From: Dehalococcoidales bacterium
GTDB taxonomy: Bacteria > Chloroflexota > Dehalococcoidia > Dehalococcoidales > RBG-16-60-22
Direction of reading: 5' to 3'
Assembly: GCA_034420195.1 (NCBI GenBank)
Contig: DAOULO010000052.1
Location: 323-64,322, forward strand
Length of the DNA stretch: 64,000 nucleotides
Made by a program: the position numbers and the translations under genes. This document shows, one piece after another, positions 18,178 to 26,909 of the stretch (position 1 is the first letter of the stretch; each line of letters opens with the position of its first letter). The notes under the pieces are model-generated. The model did not search any database, was not told the origin of the DNA, and saw only the letters and a list, made by a program, of their open reading frames with translations.

Positions 18178-18747
18178 ATGAAGCTGCGCAAGGCCAGCCG
18201 GGACGTCTTTAAGCCCCTCAAGGGGGAGGTTATTCCCGGCCGGAAAGTCCGCCTCCGCGAAAAGAAGCTCGGCGACGTCCGCAACGACTATCGCTGGCAG
18301 ACGGACGCGGAGCTGGCCCGCCTCGACGCCGCCCCGCTCTTGGCCCTGCCTTTCGCGGTCTACCTGGTGGAATATACCACCGCCCTGCGCCAGGCCAGTC
18401 ACCGCCGCTATCCCCTGGCCGTGGAGACCCTGGAAGGCCGGCACATCGGCAACTGCACCTGCTACGACATCGACGCCAAGCACGGCGAGGCGCAGCTCGG
18501 CATCATGATTGGCGACCGCGACTACTGGGACCAGGGCTACGGCGCCGATACCATCAACACCCTGGTCGGCCACGTCTTCGGTACCACGGAACTGAAGCGG
18601 CTCTACCTCAAGACCCTGGACTGGAACCAGCGGGCGCAGCGCTGCTTTGCCAAGTGCGGCTTCACCCCCTGCGGCAAGATGGCCCAGGGCAATAATTGCT
18701 TCGTCCTCATGGAGCTCACCCGCGAGCGGTGGGAGAAAAATGGATAA
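18178..18747 (+). CDS. GNAT-family N-acetyltransferase
   Basis: QLGIMIGDRDYWDQGYGADTINTLVGHVF...RAQRCFAKCGF acetyl-CoA-binding region. Confidence 0.8.
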   Translation: MKLRKASRDVFKPLKGEVIPGRKVRLREKKLGDVRNDYRWQTDAELARLDAAPLLALPFAVYLVEYTTALRQASHRRYPLAVETLEGRHIGNCTCYDIDAKHGEAQLGIMIGDRDYWDQGYGADTINTLVGHVFGTTELKRLYLKTLDWNQRAQRCFAKCGFTPCGKMAQGNNCFVLMELTRERWEKNG

Positions 18748-19774
18748 CCAGCCTATCGTCTGGCGCGGCGACCACGTCGTCATCATCGACCAGACGCGCC
18801 TCCCCCGCGACGAGGTCTACCTCAAGCTCGCCGACTACCGCGCTATCGCCGCCGCCATCAAGGAGCTTAAAATCCGCGGCGCGCCCGCCATCGGCATCGC
18901 CGGGGCCTACGCCGTCGCCCTGGGGGCGCAGGCCATCCGGACGGCGGACGCGGGCGCTTTCCGTAAAGAGCTTGCCGCCGTCATCGATTTTATCGCCGCC
19001 ACCCGCCCTACCGCCCGTAACCTCTTCCGTGCCCTGGAGCGCCTGAAAAAGGCCGCCGCTGTCGCCGGCAGCGTGGCCAGCATCAAAAAGAAACTCAGCG
19101 ACGAGGCCATCGCCATCCACCGGGAGGAGACTGCCGCCACCGAGGCCATCAGCCGCTTGGGGGCTGAACTCATCCCGGCGGGCGCCACCGTGCTCACCCA
19201 CTGCAACGCCGGCCCGCTGGCCACCACTGGGGCGGGCACGGCCCTGGGGGTGATTATCGCGGCGCACCGGCAGGGTAAGCAGGTCAGAGTCCTCGGCGAC
19301 GAGACCCGCCCCCTCCTGCAGGGGTCGCGCCTGACCGCCTGGGAGCTCAAGCAGGCCGGCGTGCCTGTCAACCTGATTACCGACAGCATGGCCGGGTATT
19401 TCATGAAAGCGGGCAAAGTAACCTGCGTTATCACCGGCGCCGATAGAATCGCCCGCAACGGCGATACGGCCAATAAAATCGGCACCTACACGCTGGCGGT
19501 ACTGGCCCGCGAGAACAAAGTCCCCTTCTATATCGCCGCCCCCACCTCCACCATCGACCCCTCGCTGACGACGGGGGACAAAATCCCCATCGAGGAGAGA
19601 AATCCGCAGGAAGTCACCCACCTCCAGGGCGTGCCCATCGCCCCGGCAGGCGTGGTCGCCGCCAACCCCGCCTTCGACGTGACACCCCACCGCTACATCA
19701 CCGCCATCATCACCGAAAAGGGCGTGGTGCGGCCGCCTTACGGCGCGGGTATAAAAGGGATTTTAGAGGGCTAA
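18740..19774 (+). CDS. mtnA: S-methyl-5-thioribose-1-phosphate isomerase
   Basis: MDNQPIVWRGDHVVIIDQTRLP N-terminus and eIF-2B/MtnA family core (GADRIARNGDTANKIGTY). Start at ATG 18740, not the track start at 18647. Confidence 0.88.
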   Translation: MDNQPIVWRGDHVVIIDQTRLPRDEVYLKLADYRAIAAAIKELKIRGAPAIGIAGAYAVALGAQAIRTADAGAFRKELAAVIDFIAATRPTARNLFRALERLKKAAAVAGSVASIKKKLSDEAIAIHREETAATEAISRLGAELIPAGATVLTHCNAGPLATTGAGTALGVIIAAHRQGKQVRVLGDETRPLLQGSRLTAWELKQAGVPVNLITDSMAGYFMKAGKVTCVITGADRIARNGDTANKIGTYTLAVLARENKVPFYIAAPTSTIDPSLTTGDKIPIEERNPQEVTHLQGVPIAPAGVVAANPAFDVTPHRYITAIITEKGVVRPPYGAGIKGILEG

Positions 19775-19783
19775 AAAGAAAAA

Positions 19784-19815
19784 CCCCTCGGGCGAGGGGG
19801 CAGATTTCTTTTTTG
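19784..19815 (+). terminator. rho-independent terminator after mtnA
   Basis: CCCCTCG-GGC-GAGGGG hairpin followed by TTTCTTTTTT a few nt downstream. An A-run upstream makes it potentially bidirectional. Confidence 0.5.
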
Positions 19816-19860
19816 ATTGTGCATATATTATACCATACTTTGGGGATAACTGTCAAGTTT

Positions 19861-19975
19861 TTCTGAATAATCTATTCCCACCCTGCCCCCGCCTGCGCTA
19901 AAGCTCCGGCGGGTAAACCGCCCTCGCGTCATCCACGGCTTAGCCCGTTAGCGTGTCCCCACTGCCCCGCCTAAT
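19861..19975 (-). repeat. intergenic repeat, medium form
   Basis: AATAATCTATTCCCACCCTGCCCCCGCCTGCGCTAAAGCTCCGGCGGGTAAACCGCCCTCGCGTCATCCACGGCTTAGCCCGTTAG; core at 19867-19883. Confidence 0.85.
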
Positions 19976-20023
19976 GAATAAAGGAAAGTAAATCACTTCT
20001 TACTCCCGTTTCTGCTGTTCGGG

Positions 20024-20032
20024 TGGTATAAT
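20024..20032 (+). promoter_or_regulatory. extended -10 element (TGgTATAAT) upstream of the island gene
   Basis: TGGTATAAT at 20024-20032, 54 nt before ATG 20086. GGAGGA SD at 20075-20080. No good -35. Confidence 0.45.
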
Positions 20033-20085
20033 TAAGTTAGTTTATTCAAAGATGTCTAAAAACTTGCTTTTGATGGAGGATAGTC

Positions 20086-21726
20086 ATGAAGATTAAATCC
20101 TTTCATATCAGTAATTTTAGAAGTCTTGAAAAACTTGACATGGAAGAAATAGGGGAATTAGTAATCCTGATTGGAGCCAATAGCTCTGGTAAAACCAACG
20201 TTATTGATGCATTGACGCTTTTTTTCAATGAGCTAACACCAGAAATTAGGCATAATATCGGAAGTATCCCGGATTATACATGGTTCGACAGGGATCCATC
20301 AAATCCCGTTATCTTTGATATGGCAATAGAGCTTGAAAAAAGAGAATCTAATGGAATAGTCCCTGTTGATTTGGGGAGTAAGATATCCGAAGGACAAAAC
20401 ACCTTATTGCGAATCATAAGAAAGATCAATGGGCCAGCCGATGCAGCTTTCTGGACAACTGAGTTATTGGAAATTAATGGAGAAATTATTTTTCGCCCTT
20501 CTAGTGAAAAACCCGACGCCGAACCCCCTGAAACAATAGGAATTGCTGGTGAAATTCTCAATAAGCTCACAACAAATGTGAAAGATAAATTTGTCTTTAT
20601 CCCAGCTTCTAGAGATTCAATAGCCACATATGCAGGTTTCACCCAAAGACAAACAATCATTAACTCTACGTTATTAGGTGAATTAAAGAGCATGGCACAA
20701 ACAGGTGCTCGCGATGCGCGAAGAAAATGGCAAAAACTTGAAAGGTTACTGCAAAAAGTCTCGCCTGATGTCTCGGATATGCGTGTTCTTGATGGTGACT
20801 TTAATGTGAGGGAGCAAGACTCAGCTAATCCTTTCCCTGTCCACTGGGTTGGTGGTGGCTATCAGGAGCTTATAATGCTAATCTATCAGCTGATTAAATC
20901 ACCCCATTCTGTATTTGGTATAGATGAACCAGAAATACATTTACACCCTGCTCTTATAAGGGGGTTCTTAGACATATTAAGGGATATTGCTACTGATCAA
21001 CAGTTATTCATCACAACTCATTCTTCTGTGTTAGTAGATCGTTCTGAACTGAAGAATGTTTGGTTGGTAAAAAAAGTAGATGACTCATCGCAGATTACCC
21101 GTTTACAGGATATAGCGGACTTAAAACATGTGACTGTTGAATTAGGAGTCCGTCCGAGTGATATTTTCTGTTCTAATGTAGTTGTGTTTGTTGAAGGACC
21201 ATCAGACAAGATAGTATTTCCTATATTCGCCGAGAAGATAGGCGTCAGTTTCGAAGCAGGCGAAGTCTCGTTTATTCCTATATATGGCAAAGACCAAGGG
21301 AAATATCATTTAAGGACGTTTATTGAATCAACAAAAGCAGCAAATATCCCGTTTTTCATGATTCTGGATAAAGGTGCAGAAAAATCGAAGAGAACCTTCG
21401 TGAAGAATGGACAACTGAAACCCAATGATAACCTATTTTTCCTAAATGAAGGCGATATTGAGGATTATTATAATAGAAATGCACTCATTGATGCTGTTTG
21501 CTCTGAGTATAACATTGAGCCTTCTGCAGAGGAAAAGGAAGAGTTAACAAAAGGCTCAGCTGTTAAGGCTATCGAAGTGTTGCTTAAACAAAAGCTCAAA
21601 ACTGTACCCAAAGGGTGGAAGGCTGTTGTTGGGCAAAAAGCAGCTGAATCTACGGGAGAGGGTGAAATTAAAGAAGATTTAAAAAGAATCATTGAAAGAA
21701 TAGACAGAATAGCAAGCCTTGGATAG
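20086..21726 (+). CDS. ABC/SMC-type ATPase fused to a C-terminal TOPRIM nuclease domain (OLD-family / PARIS AriA-AriB-like / GajA-like)
   Basis: 546 aa. Walker A GANSSGKT (20173-20196), Walker B/D-loop VFGIDEPEIHLHP, H-loop FITTHS. C-terminal VVFVEGPSDKIVF...FFMILDKG TOPRIM-like motifs. Strongly AT-rich: sampled lines are 28-35% GC. Confidence 0.75.
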   Translation: MKIKSFHISNFRSLEKLDMEEIGELVILIGANSSGKTNVIDALTLFFNELTPEIRHNIGSIPDYTWFDRDPSNPVIFDMAIELEKRESNGIVPVDLGSKISEGQNTLLRIIRKINGPADAAFWTTELLEINGEIIFRPSSEKPDAEPPETIGIAGEILNKLTTNVKDKFVFIPASRDSIATYAGFTQRQTIINSTLLGELKSMAQTGARDARRKWQKLERLLQKVSPDVSDMRVLDGDFNVREQDSANPFPVHWVGGGYQELIMLIYQLIKSPHSVFGIDEPEIHLHPALIRGFLDILRDIATDQQLFITTHSSVLVDRSELKNVWLVKKVDDSSQITRLQDIADLKHVTVELGVRPSDIFCSNVVVFVEGPSDKIVFPIFAEKIGVSFEAGEVSFIPIYGKDQGKYHLRTFIESTKAANIPFFMILDKGAEKSKRTFVKNGQLKPNDNLFFLNEGDIEDYYNRNALIDAVCSEYNIEPSAEEKEELTKGSAVKAIEVLLKQKLKTVPKGWKAVVGQKAAESTGEGEIKEDLKRIIERIDRIASLG

Positions 21727-21792
21727 TTAGCACTTTGGGACTGCTTAATATCAGTGTAGTATTTAGCATGTAATTATAACAGGAGGCCACCC

Positions 21793-22662
21793 ATGCCTAC
21801 ACCCACCGCTAAACTCGCCGTCATCGGCGGCACCGGCCTTTACGATATCGAGGGCCTGCAAGACGTGCAGGAGGTCAGGCCGGAAACGCCCTTCGGCCCG
21901 CCGTCGGACGCCATCGTGGTGGGCAGGCTGGGCGGGGTGGGCGTGGCCTTCCTGCCGCGGCACGGGCGGGGGCACCGCCTCTCGCCCACCGAGGTGCCCT
22001 ACCGCGCCAATATCTACGCCCTGAAGGCCCTGGGGGTGGAGTTCATCATCTCCTCCAACTCCTGCGGCAGCTTCAAGGAGGAGCTGCGGCCCGGCCACCT
22101 GATGGTGCCCGACCAGATTATCGACCGCACGCGGGGGCGGGTAAGCTCTTTCTTCGGGGAGGGCATCGTCGCCCACGTCCCCTTCGCCGACCCGTTCTGC
22201 CCGGCCCTGAGCCAGGTGGTCTACCAGGCCGCCCTCGACGCCGGGGCGACGGTGCACCGGGGAGGCACCTTCATCGCCATGGAGGGCCCGGCCTTCTCCA
22301 CGCGCGCCGAGTCGCGGCTCTACAAGTCCTGGGGGGCCGATGTCATCGGCATGACGGTGCTGCCCGAGGCCAAGCTGGCCCGCGAGGCGGAAATCTGCTA
22401 CGCAAGTATCGCCTGCGTGACCGACTACGACTCCTGGCGCGAGACCGACGAAGCCGTCACCGTCGCGGCCATCATGACGACGATGCAGCGCAACGTGGAT
22501 CTGGCCAAAAAGACCATTAAGCTGGCGGCGGAGCGCCTGCCCGGCGAGCGCGACTGCGCCTGCGCCACGGCCCTGGCCATCGTCACCGACCCCAAGGCGA
22601 TTCCCACCGCCGCAAAAAAGAAGCTGGCGTTGCTCATCGGGAAATACATCAAGAAAGCGTAG
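21793..22662 (+). CDS. mtnP: S-methyl-5'-thioadenosine phosphorylase
   Basis: 289 aa; AVIGGTGLYD, FLPRHGRGH and GMT..PE motifs of MTAP/PNP family. Confidence 0.9.
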   Translation: MPTPTAKLAVIGGTGLYDIEGLQDVQEVRPETPFGPPSDAIVVGRLGGVGVAFLPRHGRGHRLSPTEVPYRANIYALKALGVEFIISSNSCGSFKEELRPGHLMVPDQIIDRTRGRVSSFFGEGIVAHVPFADPFCPALSQVVYQAALDAGATVHRGGTFIAMEGPAFSTRAESRLYKSWGADVIGMTVLPEAKLAREAEICYASIACVTDYDSWRETDEAVTVAAIMTTMQRNVDLAKKTIKLAAERLPGERDCACATALAIVTDPKAIPTAAKKKLALLIGKYIKKA

Positions 22663-22666
22663 TATC

Positions 22667-23698
22667 ATGCCGAACACAGAATTCAGTTGTTTACCCACGG
22701 TTGTCCAGAGCGTGCCCCATACCGACCCCAAAAAGGCCTGCGCGCTGCTGAACCGCTACCTCAAGGACATCGCCACCTGGCCGCAGTTGCCCAAGAAATC
22801 GTTCCTGGAGAACATGTACGTGCAGTACAGCGAGGGCTTCCCCGGCGTGGTGGTGGAGAAGAACCGCATCTACGTGGATACCGCCGCCGATTACACCAGG
22901 CCGCTGGAAGCGCTCTACCAGGCTTACCTGGAAAACGATGCGTCGGGCTTCACCATGGGGCGGGACCGCGTGGCCGGGCTTTACGCCCTCCTGGAGCAGG
23001 ACGGGCTGTCCCCGCAGGCGGTCAAGGGATGTATTACCGGGCCTTTATCCTGGGGCATTACCGTCACCGACGAAAACAAGCGGTCGATACTCTACCATGA
23101 CGTCCTCGGCGACGCCGTCCCCAAGTTTCTCAAGCTCAAGGCGGCCTGGGAAGAAAACGAACTCAAAAAAATATCCCCCAACACCATTATCTTCGTCGAT
23201 GAGCCGATTATGGCGTCCTACGGGTCAATCGTGGCATCCGGCCCGTTCTCCCGACCGGAGAAAATCATCGAGATGATTAACGAGGTCTTCGACGGCATCA
23301 GCGGGCTCAAGGGGATACACTGCTGCGCCAATACGGACTGGTCGATACTGCTGAAAACGAAGATGGATATCCTCAACTTTGATGCCTACGACTACGCCGA
23401 ATCGGTGGCCCTCTACCCCGATGAAATCAAGCAGTTCATCCAGCGCGGCGGCTGCATCGGCTGGGGCATCGTCCCCAACGCGATGGGTCCGGTCACCAAG
23501 GAGAGCTTGGCCAGTCTGAAGGACCGACTGGAAGAGGCGATGGCGCCCTTTACCCGCCACGGACTATCAATTAAGGACATAATCAAGCAGAGCCTGCTTT
23601 TACCCAGCTGCGGCCTGAATGGCCTGACGGAAGAGGGCGTGGAACAGGCTTTGCAGTTGCTCACCGGCCTCTCGGCGGAGATGCGGAAGAGGCTGTAG
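22667..23698 (+). CDS. MetE C-terminal-domain-like (URO-D/MetE superfamily) methyltransferase; possible core methionine synthase
   Basis: 343 aa. IIFVDEPIM, GIHCCANTDW and LLLPSCGLNGL line up with the IQIDEP / HTHMCY / PDCGLK zinc-site pattern of MetE. Confidence 0.45.
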   Translation: MPNTEFSCLPTVVQSVPHTDPKKACALLNRYLKDIATWPQLPKKSFLENMYVQYSEGFPGVVVEKNRIYVDTAADYTRPLEALYQAYLENDASGFTMGRDRVAGLYALLEQDGLSPQAVKGCITGPLSWGITVTDENKRSILYHDVLGDAVPKFLKLKAAWEENELKKISPNTIIFVDEPIMASYGSIVASGPFSRPEKIIEMINEVFDGISGLKGIHCCANTDWSILLKTKMDILNFDAYDYAESVALYPDEIKQFIQRGGCIGWGIVPNAMGPVTKESLASLKDRLEEAMAPFTRHGLSIKDIIKQSLLLPSCGLNGLTEEGVEQALQLLTGLSAEMRKRL

Positions 23699-23731
23699 CT
23701 TAATCCGGCCGCATCGCGGTATAATATCCCC

Positions 23732-25510
23732 ATGCCCGGTACCGATATGATTTTGGTCGGCGTTATCGTCGTCGCCGCCATGGCCATGTTCGTCTGGGGC
23801 AAGGTGCGCGTCGATGTCGTCGCCCTGTGTGTGCTGGTGCTGCTCTTCGTCTTCCAGCTCATCACCCCGGAGCAGGTGCTCTACGGCTTTGCCAACCAGG
23901 CCACGGTGACCATCGCCGCCATGTTCGTCCTCAGCGCCGGGCTGGTGCGCACCGGCCTGGTGGAGTGGGCCGCCCGCCAGCTTGACCGTATCGCCGGGCG
24001 GACGGAGCTCCGCCTCATGCTTATTCTCAGCCTCACCGCGGCCATCCTCTCGGCCTTCATCATCAACGCCGCCATCGTGGCCATCTTCATCCCGGTGGCC
24101 ATGGTGCTGGCCCGCAGCCGCAAAATCGCCGCCTCGCGCATCCTGATACCGCTTTCCTACGCCAGCCAGTTCGGCGGAGTCTGTACCCTCGTCGGTACAT
24201 CCACCAACCTCATCGTCAACTCAATCGCCATCAACCGGGGTCTGGAGCCCTTTGGTTTCTTCGAGTTCCTGCCCCTGGGGCTGGCCATGGTCGGGGCGGG
24301 GATGGTCTATCTGGCCGCCGTGGGACACTGGCTGCTGCCGGTGCGCAAGGGCGAGGCCGAGCAGGTCGACCGCTACCGCCTGGCCGATTACCTGGCCGAA
24401 ATGCAGGTGGGCGAAAAGTCGAGCTTGGTAGGGCAGACCTGGGACAAGAGCAAGGCCGAGGGCGAGACCAAGGTGGAGCTGGCCAACCTGCTGCGCGGGG
24501 CTAAAGCCGTCTCCCGTCCCGCCCAGACGGTCATCCGGCCCGACGACATCCTGCTGCTGCACGGCAACGTCGAGCAGATAATTGACATGGAAGGCAAGTA
24601 CGGCCTGAAGATACTGAAAGACGCCCGCGTCAGCGACCATGAGCTGAGTGCCCACAACATGAAGCTGAGCGAGGTGCTCATCCCGCCCGACTCCACCCTC
24701 ATCGGTCGCACCCTGCAGGAGGCTACCTTCTTCCGCCGCCATAAGCTCACCGTGCTGGCCATCCAGCGGCGCGGACGCACCCTGCACCACCGCCTGTCCG
24801 AGGTCAAGCTCAACGAGAACGATACGGTGCTCCTCCAGGGGCACCAGGACGACATCGCCCACGTCATGAACTCGCCCAATGCGGTCGTCACCAACGAGCT
24901 GACCGACCTCTACCTGCGCAAGAACCGTGCCTTTCTGGCGCTGGGGGTGCTGCTGGCGGTGGTCATCCTCACCACGCTCAACGTCCTGCCCGTCATGGAG
25001 GCGGCCGTGCTGGGGGCCGTGGCCATGGTGGTCACCCAGTGTCTCAGCATCGAGGAGGCCTATAAGGCCATCGACTGGAAGATAATCTTCCTGCTGGCCG
25101 GCGTCCTGCCGCTGGGTCTGGCCCTGGAAAGCAGCGGCGCAACCTCGTGGCTGGCCGAGCGCGTCCTGGAGCCGCTGGCCGGTAACGGGCCGGTGGTGCT
25201 GCTGGCCATTCTTTATATCGTCACCGCCGTCTTTACCGAGGCCATGTCCAACAACGCCGCCGCCGCCATCCTGGCGCCGATTGCCTTCACCACCGCCGCC
25301 GCTTTGAACATCGACCCCCGACCGCTGCTGGTGGCCATCACCTTCGCCGCCTCCACCAGCTTCGCCACGCCCATCGGCTACAAGACCAACACGATGATAT
25401 TTTCGCCCGGCGGCTATAACTTCACCGACTTCACCAGGGTCGGCGCCCCGCTCAACATCATCTTCTGGGGCATCGCCGTGCTCTTAATCCCCCTTATCTG
25501 GCCTTTTTAA
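23732..25510 (+). CDS. SLC13/DASS-family permease with two central TrkA-C (RCK_C) domains
   Basis: 592 aa. N- and C-terminal polytopic halves flank two soluble repeats (LAEMQV...LLLHG and LSEVLI...VLLQG). Confidence 0.8.
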   Translation: MPGTDMILVGVIVVAAMAMFVWGKVRVDVVALCVLVLLFVFQLITPEQVLYGFANQATVTIAAMFVLSAGLVRTGLVEWAARQLDRIAGRTELRLMLILSLTAAILSAFIINAAIVAIFIPVAMVLARSRKIAASRILIPLSYASQFGGVCTLVGTSTNLIVNSIAINRGLEPFGFFEFLPLGLAMVGAGMVYLAAVGHWLLPVRKGEAEQVDRYRLADYLAEMQVGEKSSLVGQTWDKSKAEGETKVELANLLRGAKAVSRPAQTVIRPDDILLLHGNVEQIIDMEGKYGLKILKDARVSDHELSAHNMKLSEVLIPPDSTLIGRTLQEATFFRRHKLTVLAIQRRGRTLHHRLSEVKLNENDTVLLQGHQDDIAHVMNSPNAVVTNELTDLYLRKNRAFLALGVLLAVVILTTLNVLPVMEAAVLGAVAMVVTQCLSIEEAYKAIDWKIIFLLAGVLPLGLALESSGATSWLAERVLEPLAGNGPVVLLAILYIVTAVFTEAMSNNAAAAILAPIAFTTAAALNIDPRPLLVAITFAASTSFATPIGYKTNTMIFSPGGYNFTDFTRVGAPLNIIFWGIAVLLIPLIWPF

Positions 25511-25529
25511 ATAAAGCAAGGAAAGCGAT

Positions 25530-25724
25530 ATGGAATGTAACCTTGAAGCCAATAAAAGCGCCTGTAACTGCACCTACGAGCCCTGCCCGCGCAAGGGCAA
25601 GTGCTGCGAATGCATCCAGTACCACCTTAAGATGCGTGAGCTGCCCGCCTGTGCCTTCCCGCCGGAGGTGGAGCGGACCTACGACCGCTCTTTCGAGCGG
25701 TTTGCCGCCCTGGTGCGGGGCTAG
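25530..25724 (+). CDS. small Cys-rich protein (DUF6485-like)
   Basis: 64 aa, [21 protein letters not shown] pattern. Confidence 0.55.
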   Translation: MECNLEANKSACNCTYEPCPRKGKCCECIQYHLKMRELPACAFPPEVERTYDRSFERFAALVRG

Positions 25725-25762
25725 GGTGGCGGGAAAAGCCGAATTAGGCTATATTATTAGAG

Positions 25763-25858
25763 ATGAATAAATCAAAAAGGGTCGCCTGGCACAAGCACCT
25801 CAAGGCGGCCAAAAAGCACAAAGAAAAGATGAAGGCCCAGGCCAAGGCGGCCAAGTAG
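25763..25858 (+). CDS. candidate 31-aa lysine-rich small protein
   Basis: ATG...TAG ORF MNKSKRVAWHKHLKAAKKHKEKMKAQAKAAK in an otherwise unassigned 138-nt gap. Below the ORF-track cutoff. No SD seen. Confidence 0.3.
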   Translation: MNKSKRVAWHKHLKAAKKHKEKMKAQAKAAK

Positions 25859-25887
25859 GGCATTTGGTCGTAAGCGACGGCGCCGGC

Positions 25888-26898
25888 ATGTCCGAGCTAC
25901 CGGAACTCATCCAGGCTTTGCTCAATCCGCGGCTCTACCCCGAACCCGCCCGGCAGGTGGAGCTGCTGCAGACCCAGATGTCCTACGTCCTGCTGGCCGG
26001 CGATTACGTCTATAAAATCAAGAAGCCGGTGAACCTGGGCTACCTGGACTACACCACCCTGGAGAAACGCCGGGCCCTCTGTTACAAAGAGACCGAGCTC
26101 AACCGCCGCCTCTGCCCCGATGCCTACCTGGGCGTGGTGGAGATTACCTATCATAACGGGCGCTACGTCCTGGGTGGCGAGGGCAGTATCGCCGAATACG
26201 CCGTTAAGATGCGCCGCCTGCCCGCCGAACGCATGCTGGACTACCTGCTCCCCCGCGGCGAGGTCACCCCCGCCATGCTGGCCGACGTGGCTGTGCTGCT
26301 GGCCGGTTTCCACGCCAGGGCCGCAACGGGCAGGGAAATAAATCGTATCGGCGGGCTGAACGCCGTCATCCAAAATACCGAGGAGAACTTTGCCCAGACC
26401 GAGCCATACTTCGGCGAGATTATCGCGCCGGAAACTTACGAGCGCCTCAAGAGCTACACCCGCAATTTCATCAAGGCTAACGAAGACCTTTTCCGTCAGC
26501 GCGTGGCCGGAGGGCGCATCCGCGACTGCCACGGCGACCTGCACGCCGCCCATATCTGCTTTACCGAGCGAATCTGCATCTACGACTGTATCGAGTTCAA
26601 CGACCGCTTCCGCTACAGCGACGTCGCCGCCGAGGTGGCCTTTCTGGCCATGGACCTGGACCACTACGGCCGCGGCGACCTCTCGCGGGGTTTCGTGACG
26701 GCTTATGTCCAGGCCAGCGGCGACGGGGAACTGATGAAACTGCTCAATTTCTATAAGTGCTACCGCGCCTACGTGCGCGGTAAGGTGGGCTGTTTCCAGT
26801 ACGACGACCCGCAGATACCCGCCGCGGAAAAGGAGAGAATCCGCGATAATGCCCGCGGCTACTTTGAGCTGGCCGAATCCTATACTCACGATTCTTAG
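25888..26898 (+). CDS. phosphotransferase (aminoglycoside/choline kinase-like, APH fold) family protein
   Basis: Kinase-like HGDLHAAHI catalytic loop and DCIEFNDRFRY. ATG 25888 is preferred over TTG 25864. Confidence 0.75.
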   Translation: MSELPELIQALLNPRLYPEPARQVELLQTQMSYVLLAGDYVYKIKKPVNLGYLDYTTLEKRRALCYKETELNRRLCPDAYLGVVEITYHNGRYVLGGEGSIAEYAVKMRRLPAERMLDYLLPRGEVTPAMLADVAVLLAGFHARAATGREINRIGGLNAVIQNTEENFAQTEPYFGEIIAPETYERLKSYTRNFIKANEDLFRQRVAGGRIRDCHGDLHAAHICFTERICIYDCIEFNDRFRYSDVAAEVAFLAMDLDHYGRGDLSRGFVTAYVQASGDGELMKLLNFYKCYRAYVRGKVGCFQYDDPQIPAAEKERIRDNARGYFELAESYTHDS

Positions 26899-26909
26899 GA
26901 GATACTTGC

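Noticed and set aside
18647-18739. Longer starts for mtnA (18647), crp (39468), the M20 peptidase (47431), the ABC ATPase (30059), the nitroreductase (10504) and usp (3181).
   Set aside because: In each case the family-typical N-terminus begins at an internal ATG preceded by a GGAGG-type SD. The upstream extension overlaps the neighbouring gene or is low-complexity.
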